DNA from: Octopus sinensis
Taxonomy: Eukaryota
Assembly (NCBI RefSeq): GCF_006345805.1
Contig: NC_043020.1
Span: 30,876,001-30,940,000, forward strand
Reading direction: 5' to 3'
Length of the DNA stretch: 64,000 nucleotides
The notes under the pieces are model-generated. The model saw only the letters and a program-made list of their open reading frames with translations, did no database searches and was not told the DNA's origin. The position numbers and the translations under genes were made by a program. Shown here one piece after another: positions 28,340 to 39,314 of this stretch (positions within the stretch are counted from its first letter, which is position 1; every line of letters starts with the position of its first letter).

Positions 28340-28920
28340 AAAGTTATAAATAACAACACTATTGCCAACATAAAACCAAGTGACCATATTTGTAACAGTG
28401 AGTGCTAACAAAATGCAACGCATCAGGTACTGAAGCCATATTCATCAAATTACAGCTTTGATGGTCAGGTGATCTCCCACATGTATCAGAATTCTCAAGC
28501 AACTTCTCTTTTGCCCAACAGGAAGGTCAGCTGGAAGGCCACTCTTGCACTTCAAAAGAAAAACTAAAAGACAATCTGAAGTGATGCAACACTCTCTTTC
28601 CTAGGAAAACAAAGAATCAGAACACATGACCTGGTGCTAGTCCTGCTTCCCTGCAGTTCAAAGATTTGAGCAAAGTATACTCAAACATCAGGACCAACTT
28701 CATGCAAGCCTGAAGGCATGCTGGCTAAATGCTGCTCCTCTAAATGGAAATCTTAGCTTGTGGTTTTGTGGCACAAAGAAAAGCAGGCCTTGCCATCCAC
28801 TTAAGAAAACACAGAGCAAACGAACAACAAGCACTTGAGCAAATTGAGTCCTCATCTTGTACTATTTGAGAAAAGGTTCACAGGGCACTGAGCAGGCCTC
28901 AAGAGACACATTCATGTCCA
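28340..28920 (+). pseudogene. Old RTE/BovB-like LINE C-terminal remnant
   Basis: Broken translation DHICNSE/VLTKCNASGTEAIFIKLQL*WSG, RILKQLLFAQ, KEKLKDNLK*C and a decayed C2H2-like end. Confidence 0.65.
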
Positions 28921-28992
28921 TAGAACATGATCACCACTTTATTTTACTCAACTCTCATTTGCTGTTCAAGATGAGAGAATCCATCATATGTA

Positions 28993-30246
28993 TCAGGTCA
29001 TCACACAAGTTCTATCTGAATTTTGAATAAAGAAAACAAGTTGATAAAATGATAAATTTAATTGAAATTTAATCATCAATGTACTTTCCCTGATTATCTA
29101 TGACTTCCTTCCATCTATTTACAAGCTTTTTAATCCCATCAATGTAAAACTCTTTTGGTTTTAAAATGAAGAACTCTGAAATGTCAGTTTCAACCTCCTC
29201 CTGGCTTGTGAAAGTTATGTTCTCCAAATGATTCTGTAAACTACGAAACAAATGGTAGTCTGAAGGAGCAAGGTCAGGAGAATAAGGTGGATAAGGAATT
29301 TTTTCCCATCCAAGCTCTTCGATCTTCTGTAATCTTTGCAGTGTGGGGTCACATATTGTCCTGATGAAACATCATTCCTTTTCGATTCACTAAAGCGGGT
29401 CTTTTTTTCTTCAAAGCTCGGTTCAAACGCTCTAATTGCTGACAGTAGACCTGAGTATTGATTGTTGCATTAGGTGGTAACAATTCAAAGTGAATTGCTC
29501 CTTTGCAATCTTACCAGATATAGAGAAGAACTTTTTTCCCATGAAGTTCCCTTCTCGGTTGTGGTTGAGCCTTTTCCCTTTTACCAAGCCACTGTTTACG
29601 ACGTTTAACATGTCAATAGAAGATCCATTTTTCGTCACCAGTCACAAGTCTATCCAAAAAGAGTGAAATGAGTTCGCGAGAATGGAGAGTAGAGCAGATG
29701 TCAACTCAGGATTTGCCGTTGCTTTCAGACAATTCCTGAGGCACCCATTTTCTAAGTTTAGGAACCTTTCCATGTTGTTGAAGATGACAATGAACTGCTG
29801 TATGGTTTGAACTAAGCTTTATTGCCAATTCTTCAACTGATAATGCAGGATTTTCTTCAAGTAATACCGCAAAGAGATTATCATCAAACTTAATTGGATG
29901 TCCTGTTTAATCTTCACGTTTGAATTTTGTAAACCGTCTTCTGCAAGTTCTTTAATTCAAGCATTCTTTCCCATAAAATGAGTGTATATTTTGAGTCGCT
30001 TCAGCTGCAGAGTTTCCCGTTTTGTACTCATAAAGTCTTATGTGCCTTAAATGGTCGTTGGATACTTCCATGTTAGAAAGGGTTTTAATCAAAGAAATTT
30101 TAATTCTATTATTCTGTGAAATATTTAATTATTGTACACAAATGCATAAAAATAATTTTTAATTCCATTAGACATTCTAACATACTATTAAATTTCATTC
30201 AATTTTAAAAAAGGTAAAATCAGTCAGAACTTATGGGATGACCTGA
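28993..30246 (-). mobile_element. Full-length, decayed mariner (DD34D) transposon, 1254 bp
   Basis: TA|TCAGGTCATCACACAAGTTCT...AGAACTTATGGGATGACCTGA|TA inverted termini with TA duplication. Confidence 0.92.
29069..30071 (-). pseudogene. Mariner transposase pseudogene
   Basis: MEVSNDHLRHIRLYEYKTGNSAAEATQNI, VTGDEKWIFY and YSPDLAPSDYHLFRSLQNHL...GKYIDD, in several broken frames. Confidence 0.9.
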
Positions 30247-30705
30247 TATATATACACACACAAAATTTTCAGGATAGAATCAAGGTATTTAAATAGCAAA
30301 GGCACCAAGGTAAAGTCGGGGATAGTGCACCAGTGCACTAACAATGTGTATGGACATATACATCCTTTTTAAAGTAAATACAGATTCATCCCTACACATT
30401 CACAAGAACTGATCGAAAACACCTGTACACAAAATTATACAAAATTGACCAAGTGACATATCCTGTGTCTGGTTGGAAGATTCCTGGCTGTAACGTTAAC
30501 GTGGAAAAGTGGGTGGCAGGTATGGGATTTTTTTCACACACCAAAAAGCTCTCAGTGGATTTATATTCCCCTTTGCAGCTGTCGGCACTGTTGCTACCAT
30601 GCTGAACAATGAGCAGGCATAGGAAGTACGTCTATGAAATAAATTAAGCCTATGGGCACACCCAACAGCACCACATGAGAGAAATCTACGTGAAAGAAAT
30701 GACAT

Positions 30706-30899
30706 GGTAAGGGGGGGGGGATTGGCTGAAGCTGTTAATGCAGCATTCCTGGCCAGGTGAATATTATGCTGCCCATCATTTTTCATGGCTCTTGCAACAT
30801 TTTGTGATTGTCTAATTGAAATCTCATGGGATGATTCATTTGCTCTTTCTCTGCTACTGCCGTTTTTCAACCAATGGAGGATCTCTTCTTTGGAGACAT
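30706..30899 (-). pseudogene. Probable Helitron Rep/helicase N-terminal fragment
   Basis: MSPKKRSSIG*KTAVA then RANESSHEISIRQSQN...HLARNAALTASA, resembling the basic, RANET-repeat N-terminus of animal Helitron RepHel proteins (from recall). Confidence 0.45.
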
Positions 30900-30981
30900 T
30901 ATGTCAAGAAATATGACATAATAAACTAAGATCACAATTGTACTTTAATAATGAAATGTCAATGAGAAAAAGTAAATAATT

Positions 30982-31610
30982 TCTATATATAAAACTGAAA
31001 TGCGTTTTTACTGCTTGGTTCGCTTTCAATGCCACTACGTCCCATCCGATTCGCTCCAGGGACATGTAGAATGAGGTGACGATGTCCGTGGGCTACCTTA
31101 GAAATCCCTATCTTAAAAGGTGTGGTTGCTACGGGCCATCTTCCTCACTCACGCTATTTCCTCCATCCCCCCCCCCAACTCCCCTTCATTTATAACTTTG
31201 ACAATTCCACTCCCGTTATTTAATGTAAAGTTCGTCAGATGTATCTGTCTGCATTCATAGGGAGAATTATCATCGCCACATGCCACCACCAACACACAAT
31301 CATGAGAACAAATATTATGAATCAGATATTCATTGCGTTCATTTATATGTGTGTGTGTTCGATATATAAATATGTATATATAATGTATATATACAAAGTG
31401 TATATATCTGTATTTATGTATATTAAACTTTTTAATACTTTTTGATAGTTATATATATTTTTAAATAAATTATAAATATAATTTAATAATTTTTATTTTA
31501 AATTTAAATAATCTAAATTTTTCAATTTTCTATATTTTCTATATTATATTTTTAAAATTTACAGGAACATGTAAAATGGGGTAACGATGCCCGTGGGCTA
31601 CCTTAGAAAT
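30982..31610 (+). mobile_element. Helitron-like non-autonomous element with duplicated 3' hairpin module
   Basis: Starts TCTATATATAAAACTG. A 48-bp module with GCCC-GT-GGGC-TACC-TTAG occurs at 31058-31105 and 31563-31610. Confidence 0.45.
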
Positions 31611-31614
31611 ATAC

Positions 31615-31754
31615 ATGTGTATACATTACACATGTATATATATATATATATATGTATACACATGTATAAATACATATATATGTATACACATGTATATATA
31701 CACATGTATAAATACATATGTATACACATGTATATATACATATGTATACACATG

Positions 31755-31788
<34 letters not shown>

Positions 31789-31800
31789 TGTATAGACACA
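31615..31800. repeat. Compound TA/CATG microsatellite
   Basis: Direct reading. Confidence 0.9.
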
Positions 31801-31919
31801 TCTTTAATTAAACTATTGACCGCCTTAAAACGGATTTCAACAGACAAATATTACTATAATGGGGAATTAAATGTATTTATTTATAAACTTTAAACTGAAC
31901 TTCAATTGTTTTATAAACC

Positions 31920-32022
31920 TAACAGCGTGGTGGTACGTAAATAAACGGCGTAAATTAACGAAGGTATAAACCTGACGTAAATACACGAAATTGACGTACT
32001 TTCACTTCTGACAGCTAACAGC
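31920..32022. promoter_or_regulatory. Candidate promoter island
   Basis: Locally CpG-rich non-repeat DNA; CGTAAAT three times, TATAAA at 31965-31970, and two CRE/ATF-like TGACGT at 31973 and 31992. Confidence 0.5.
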
Positions 32023-32166
32023 ATGACAGTCTGGGTCAACAGTTCGTTTCCTCGGAGGATATGGAAATTCCTATTACCCGTCAGAGAAATAACTACAGCA
32101 GCTCACAACTATTTCAACAAAGACAAGATTACCTGCTTACCAGTCGAATTCAGCGTCAACGCTCAG
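32023..32166 (+). CDS. Candidate first coding exon, product unknown
   Basis: ATG 32023 (48 codons, MTVWVNSSF...) and ATG 32061 (MEIPITRQRNN...) are both open to a CAG|GTATGA donor. No downstream exon identified. Confidence 0.3.
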
Positions 32167-32447
32167 GTATGAGAGAGACTCCAACACACACACACACACA
32201 CATATATACATGTGCATTATGTGGTCGGTCGGTTTAGCTGAAAATATGCAGACCTATGTTAAAAGTGCTGGCAAGTTTGCATGACAACTATTTTTTTTCC
32301 TCAAACGAAACGCATTACTTCTAGGACAAAATTCCTCATCTTATAAAATGTGGCCCCAGTACACCCGAATGAAATCGGGTTATATTAACCAAAATGTGAA
32401 AAGGGGTCTAAATGGGGCTGGAAGGGGATTAAAATTTAAAGGAGCAA

Positions 32448-32810
32448 GTGTTTAGGAATTCTCTGTTACATCAAGCTAAAAAATTTGCCACAGCCTTTTA
32501 ATCGTCAATGTGTTGCCGTCCATGATGAAGAAGTTTTGAATGCTTGCTATGGTGAGTCTACTGTCGTGAGAAAGAATCACTTCAAAACTTGGTGTTTACG
32601 AATTTTATTTTACATCAAGTTCAAAATTTTACGCCAGCCGTTAAACTGTCAATACGTTGCTGTCCGTCGTTAAGAAATGCCAGCCATGGTGACTCTACTA
32701 TCCTCAGATTCTATCCCTTCAAACTTTGGTTTCCAATATTTTATTATTTTTATTCAGCTCGCAAGTTCGTCTGTCCCTTTTAAATGTTAGCGTTTTGCTG
32801 TCTGCCTTGA
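32448..32810. repeat. Diverged tandem repeat of about 140 bp, about 2.5 units
   Basis: Units start GTGTTTAGGAATT (32448), GTGTTTACGAATT (about 32592) and GTTTCCAATATT (about 32730), with shared TTGC(C/T)GTC and CTTCAAA blocks. Confidence 0.6.
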
Positions 32811-33559
32811 AGCAGACCTTTCCGTTGCCACTGCCTGATATTTATGATTGATCTTTCTAAATATTTTATTTCTCAACTTACTCAAGATCTTTTGTTGTTT
32901 ATAAATGGGAGAGAGATAGATAAAGATAGAGAGTAAGAGAAAACGAGGGAGAGTCCGAGAGAAAGAAATGTAAGAGAGAAAGGAGAGAGAAACAAAGAGG
33001 GAGAATCATCATCATTGTTTAACGTCCGTTTTCCGTGCTAGTTTGACCGGGGTCTGGGAAGCCAGGAGGCTGCACCAGGCTCCAGTCTGATCTGGCAGTG
33101 TTTCTACAGGTGGATGACCTTCCTAACGCCAACCACTCTATAATTGAATTCACCTTGCAATGCTAAAATGATTGTTCCTGATGTATTAACATATTCAGAT
33201 ATAGAAAATATTCAGATTAATACATCCAAAAATACATATTAACATAACATTTTGAAGGCGATCCAAAATAAGTTAAATTCAAAATGAACTAAGAAAATAT
33301 TTCTTGTACACAAAGGCATACAAAAAAGAACGTTAAGAAGAAATACAATATTCTAAGAAAAGGTATTTTAGTATTCAACTTTTGGTCATGGATAATGAAA
33401 GAATAAAAAATAAACATAAGAATTCTATGTCACAACAATTAGAAACATAGAGATTCTATAACATGTCAATTAGTTATCTATTTATTAAATTTGCTAAATA
33501 TTTTTTAGAAAAATTATGCTTATATGAAGGGTAATTATAATTAAGAATTGAAATTTTTA

Positions 33560-34560
33560 AATGTCTTCCTAAATTTGTGACATTTCAATGTTATAATTCA
33601 ATAACATTCATTTAGAAGTAATTATAGAACACATTTCTTCAAGACAAAGATCACATTTAGAATCGCCAATATTGTATGATGGTGCATAACTAATAATGGA
33701 CCACTTTAAATAATATTTTCTGTTCCTATCCTTTAAATCCCAAATGCATTTACTAAGATTTGTAGAATTACCTTTTCTTTTATACTTAAATGAATGAGAA
33801 TGATTATAAAATCTAGATTTCCAAACTGTAGCAGATGAACCTAGGTAATGATACTTATGATCCTCTGTTATTACTTTTCATTTATACACTATATTTTTCC
33901 TTAACCCTTTAGTATTTAAACCGGCCATATCCGGCCAAAATAGTTAATCTGTTTTATGTTCAAACTGACCAGATCCAGGCTCTCACACCTACCCTACAAT
34001 GTTATTCTACATTAAGTAATTACACCATCAAGATCTTGAAGATATAGGATAATGCATGATTAATTCAAATCAATGTGAATCAATAAGCATTATGTTTGAT
34101 AGAATAATCTGAACACTAAAGGGTTAAACACTGATTTTCTAAAGGAAAATTTTGTTTTTACAATTACACAGGCATTTATTCAGTTGTATTTAGTACTCAT
34201 GGTTAAAAGAATTCCTACAAGTCCTTCTCTCAGAATTAGGTGTTAACTTGTATTATCAGAATTTGAATAACTTTTGCTTACAGTATCAAAATCTAATTCA
34301 GGAAAATTTTCATTAGAGTTAATTTCACAATTCACACTTATCAATTCTACTTTCATTTACCGATTTTGTGTTGAGATATTCTCTAATGTTCTGTTTGTTA
34401 TGCACTGCTATAATCTCAGTCAAATTTCTGGTGGTTGAATCTGAAAATTTTTTATTATGGTGATTAAAAAATTTCCCATATTTACTTGAAGCTGAGAAAC
34501 ATTTATCTAGTACCAAAGAATTTTCGAGGAATATTGGTAGCTACTGATAATATTCCTTGA
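33560..34560 (-). pseudogene. Penelope-like element remnant: linker and GIY-YIG endonuclease
   Basis: VATNIPRKF/VLDKCF..KFFN..NLTEIIAVHNK, then CNCKNK..PLENQCLRKNIVYK..YLGSSATVWKSRFYNHSHSF..NSTNLSKCIWDLK..KWSII..CDLCLEE once the MITE at 33905-34123 is removed. Confidence 0.8.
33905..34123 (-). mobile_element. 219-bp piggyBac-type MITE, near-identical inverted sibling of 19078-19296
   Basis: TTAA duplications at 33901-33904 and 34124-34127; only a handful of substitutions versus the first copy. Confidence 0.92.
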
Positions 34561-34744
34561 TTTATTTCCAGTCTGATTTGGTTTGGTTTCTATGGCTGGA
34601 TGCCCTCCCTAACACCAGTCGTATTACAGTGAATGCCGGGTGCTTTTAATGTGGCACTGCAAGAGTGCTCTAACATGGCACTAGCATGAGTGCTTTTTGT
34701 GTGACACTGGTACAGGATTCTTGCTGGGGGGGGGGCAGCCTTAA

Positions 34745-35831
34745 CCCTTTCGTTACTATATTTCAGACCAAAATACACCCCTTATGTGTTTCAATTAATT
34801 TCTAACGTAATCATAAATTTAGTCTGGTTTCATTAAACAACTATAACTTTTTTATTTATCAATCTATTAATCTGATTTTTGGAAGATAATTTAATGAAAT
34901 ATTCTCAACCAATTCTAAACTATAATTTTTGTCACAAAGTGACTCTAATTGCAGGTAGATACAGGTAAATTCAACAAAATATAAAATTATAAAAATTTTG
35001 TTCAAACATCACTATAGAAAATGGGTTATTAGCTAATATTCAATTGGGTATACAACAAAATTTTACGATAGAATTTGTTATTCTAGGTAACTTTCTGATA
35101 CCCATAATAATATTTATGGCAAAATAGTCTTAATTTCATTTAAGGTTGTAGGAAACCACAAACTATCGTTTCTTTCGCTTTGTTTACGTTTAGCGTAACA
35201 GTTCGTTTCCGCCGTAATGATTTCAAATAGGCTCATTCGAAAAAGTAAAAAGAAATAGTCTAAGGCTTTACTCTCCTGGGAAAGTCTGTGGCTTGGTCCA
35301 GTTTCTTCAGAAAAATCACCGAAAGAAACAGTTTTTAAATTTTCACTCCATTCAGGTGCCAATACATTTTCTTTATCGCTGTCGGAGATCTCGGATTCAC
35401 TGTTTTCACTTTCGGAAAATGAAACATCAGATTCATTATCAAATACCATGTGCTTTTTTTTTTTCAATCATAGAGTTAGATTTATGAAGGTCTTCAGTAG
35501 AAAATCCTTCAAATTCTGACTCGCTGCTTGATATAATGAAATTCGTATCCATTTTTTGTCAGAATTACAAATTTTGAAAACACAATAGGAACAAATTTCG
35601 GAAAAAAATCTCCCAAAATTCACGGAATTAAAATTACACTTCGATTATTGTACAAAACTGTAGTTGAACTGTTTACGAAGTATAATACGTGTTTTCACGA
35701 ATGTACTAAAGAGATTTGCTCTGATATTCTCATTTAAATATGAATAGGTAAATTCGGGCGGCTTTGGGCGATTTGGTCACATTAACCAAAATTTTTTTCG
35801 GGCGGCTTTGGGCGGTTTGGTAACGAAAGGG
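34745..35831 (-). mobile_element. Internally deleted piggyBac transposon, 1087 bp
   Basis: TTAA|CCCTTTCGTTAC...GTAACGAAAGGG|TTAA; subterminal direct repeat TTCGGGCGGCTTTGGGCG twice. Confidence 0.92.
35114..35552 (-). pseudogene. piggyBac transposase N-terminal fragment
   Basis: Acidic N-terminus (MDTNFIISSSESEFEGFS.., frameshift in a poly-A run), then ALDYFFLLF..LFEIITAETNCYA..WFPTTLNEIK; catalytic domain absent. Confidence 0.82.
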
Positions 35832-37879
35832 TTAATACTTCTGCTGTGGAGGGTCCCCTTGAATACTGCAAGGTGCCAGGTATCTAGGTCCTTTGTCATT
35901 GTGTCTGAAAGGTTCAGTGTCCTGAGGTTGTCCTTCAGTACTTTGTCCTATGTCTTCCTGGGTCATCTGGTCCATGTATCCCATCCACTTTAAGAGATCA
36001 GCACTCCTTTATCGAGATGTCAGCATCTATCTGCATCACATGACCAAATCAGCAGTCTTCTCTATTGCACACGGCATCTATCTATATATACATGTGGACA
36101 CACACACATTCAGTTATACGGTGAGTTTCTCTCAGTTTCCATCAATGAAATCCACTTGCAAAGCTTTGGTCAGCTTCGGGTTACAGTAGAAACACTTGTT
36201 CAATGTGCCATGCAGTGGGACTGAACCTGAAACTATGTAGTTTGGGAAGCAAACTTCTTAACCACACAGCAAAGCCTGTGGGTTTTAAATGACTTCTGTC
36301 AGATCATGCCAATTTCTATACAAGTAGAATGATCCAAAATTTCAAAAGTTTCAGCTAGGCCACAAGAACTGTTGAGAGATGCTGTTACCCTGCTGCCTAA
36401 AAAAAAAAGCTTAAAGCATTGGAACAAATTCAGTTTTTCACACTAGTTTATCATTTGAGTGATATTTCTATCTAAACTAGACAAGTGTCCCTTGGGTGGT
36501 TGGCAATATACACACATGCAAACACATACACACTGAATTTAGTGAATCAGGAGCAGTTTATTTCTACAATTAGATGCCAGTATGGGGTGCAGAATATTTC
36601 AGATATGTTAGTCTTATGCTTGTGCACTATTTTCTGTCTATAATGCAGTGTCTGCACAATTTACAAACATATGCATAGTTGGATTCTATGTTGGCTTCAA
36701 TGAGGAAGATTCAGCTGTCCAATCAACTGAATTTCCTACTTGTTGAATCAGTGTGGAAGTAGCTGAACCTACCACAGATACCTGTATTTTAACAGTAATT
36801 CTCAGGTAGAACCTGTGTGATTGAAGCTGCGCCTTTGAATTACAAGTGCAATGCATCTGATGGGCTTCTATACAGTTTCCATCTACCCAGTTTCACTCAT
36901 CCCTTATGAGTTGACTTAAAGCTAAAGAAAATGACATTTGCTCAAGATGCCATGCAAAATATGCCTACAGACACACAAACACACACCATTCCCTGTTGCC
37001 ATAGGTTACATTGCCTTCATTGTCCAATTTGGTCTTGTTGTATTTCAATTTTGTGAGCCATACAAGCAGTGTCATTCATTTCTAATATTCTGTGGAAACA
37101 TATTCCAGCCATGGGGGAATATCACATTGCTCCCAGCTGTCATAAATCTGCTACAACAAACATGTCTGACCGATGCAAGCATAGAAAAATGGTTGTTAAA
37201 ATGATGATGATGATGATATCAAATAGCACATGTAAAAATAAAAGAAATTACCATTGCAAGAATGGTGGATTTGTAGATTAAGTAGAGCACCAGACAAAAT
37301 GCATTGCACTCTTCGGTTACATTCCGGTATATTCTGAGTTCAAACTTGCCCCACCCCACCCTCTACCCACAGAGAGGAAATGGCATTGCTTTTTGTCCTT
37401 TCAGGGTGGATGAAATAAAGTACATCAAGTAACTGGAGAATTGGTTTAACTATATAACACACCTCACTTAAAATTTGTGGCCTTGTGCCTATATTACAAA
37501 TCATCCTTATTATTACTACTACTAACATTTCAGCAAATTTTATAAGCTTATAGAACAAAGCTAATTCCCCGACCGAAATGATGCAAGGCAGTGTCAGCAC
37601 CACTTGAGTGATGATAAGGGTTTTAACATTTCAGCTAATATTTTTGAAATGAAAAATGACAATCAGCCCCCCTGTGAAACAATGCTAGCTAAAGGTCTTC
37701 CGCCTCAGTGAGAAAGGGTATGGGATATGGAGGGGTGGGAATTTAAAATCCCTGAAATGGGTGGAGGATGGATGTCTGTAACAAACCATTCAAACACATC
37801 GGTCTTTCATATAATCTTGTTCTGCTCAAAAGATTTAGTTGCCAAAGTATAAAACTCTGGTCAGATGAAATGAATAATA

Positions 37880-38600
37880 ATTCTTTCTAGAAATTTTGGA
37901 GGTGAGATTGGTCAATTACATCAGATCCTACTTCTCAACTGCTACTTATTTTACAGAACCTGGAAGGAAGAAAGGCAAAGTCGACCTCAGCAGAATTAGA
38001 ACTCAGAATATAAAGACCAGGGAGGAACACTACTAAGTATTTTGTCTGCTGTGCTAACAATTCTGACAGTTTGTTACTTTATTAATGATCCTTTCTAATA
38101 TAAGCACAAATCCTGGAATTTGGCGGGAGGGAGGACTAGTCAATTACATCAACACTTGTGTTCAACTGGTGCTTATTTTATCAACTCTGAAAGGACCAAA
38201 AGGCAAAGCTGACCTTGGTGGAATTTGAACTCAGAACATAGACAAATACTGCCAAGTATTTTGTCCAGCATGCTAACAATTCCATCAGCTTGCCACCATA
38301 TATAATAATCACTTCAAATTTTGACACAAGGCCAGTAATTTTAGGGGGAGGGGAAGTTGATTTTAATGACCCCAATAGTTGACCAACACTTTATTTCATT
38401 GATGGGGACTCAGAAGGTAAAAAGGCTGCAAGAAATGCTGCTAAACATTTTAATGATTCTACTAATTTTCCACCTTAATAATAATGTTTCTAATTTTGAT
38501 GGGAGAGGGGTTAGGTGATGCCGGACTTGACTGGTACTTCATGTTACTGACTCCGGAGTGATGAAAGGTAAAGTTGGCTGCAAAGGATTTGAACGAATAG
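37880..38600 (-). mobile_element. Head-to-tail stack of about four SINE family B copies
   Basis: Repeated GAAATTTTG..GGGAG..CAATTACATC..CAACTGGTACTTATTTTA..AAAGGCAAAG blocks separated by TAA-rich spacers. Confidence 0.75.
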
Positions 38601-39283
38601 TCAGATACTGCACATAACTCCACAAATTAACAATGCTTGGACATGAATTTATGCAGGCCTGGTTAACAGCAGTGTCATGCTTATAAAATTTATCTTGCAC
38701 TGGAAATATTCAACTCCTCCTATTAGCACTGGAAGCTATCCATAGTTCCCAGGCAGAACATCCAATAGCATAAACTGTTCAGTTGACATGCAGACACACA
38801 GCCTCTCCAAGAACATTGCCATTTCTGCCTACCACGAACCCTCTACAGAATGGATGCACTCCTGATCACATTACCCAACTAACAAGTGGTGAATCTTGAA
38901 TGTATCCATGATGTACCAATATATACGTATATGATCTGTAGAATTAGTCTTCTCTACAAAATGTCTTTATGTAATATACAATTGTATTAGACAATGCTAA
39001 ATATGCATATTGATGCAAAAATGTATGTATTAATTTGGAATGTTAAAATTAATATGACACTAAGATTACAAAACAGCTGTAATCATATGGAAATGATACA
39101 TAAAGCTGTATTCATTTATCACACTTCCTGGTTTTGTAATTATTTCCTTCTCATGGAAATATTCACTGCTTGTACATTGTAATTTAATTATGATGTGAAC
39201 TGATAGCCAATTCCTTGCAGGAGTGCTTATGTGTTTACTGTGAGTGCAACTTGATTTTCTGAACAATTTCTTGGGTTTGTAAA

Positions 39284-39314
<31 letters not shown>

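Larger units (their letters stand above)
34568..36075 (-). mobile_element. Older RTE LINE 3' end split by the piggyBac insertion
   Basis: GGCTGGATGCCCTCCCTAAC 3'UTR motif on the left and decayed C-terminal RTE sequence on the right of the TTAA site. Confidence 0.65.

Noticed and set aside
35114-35467. Domesticated PGBD-like gene
   Set aside because: Frameshifted start, no catalytic domain, still within TIRs and TTAA
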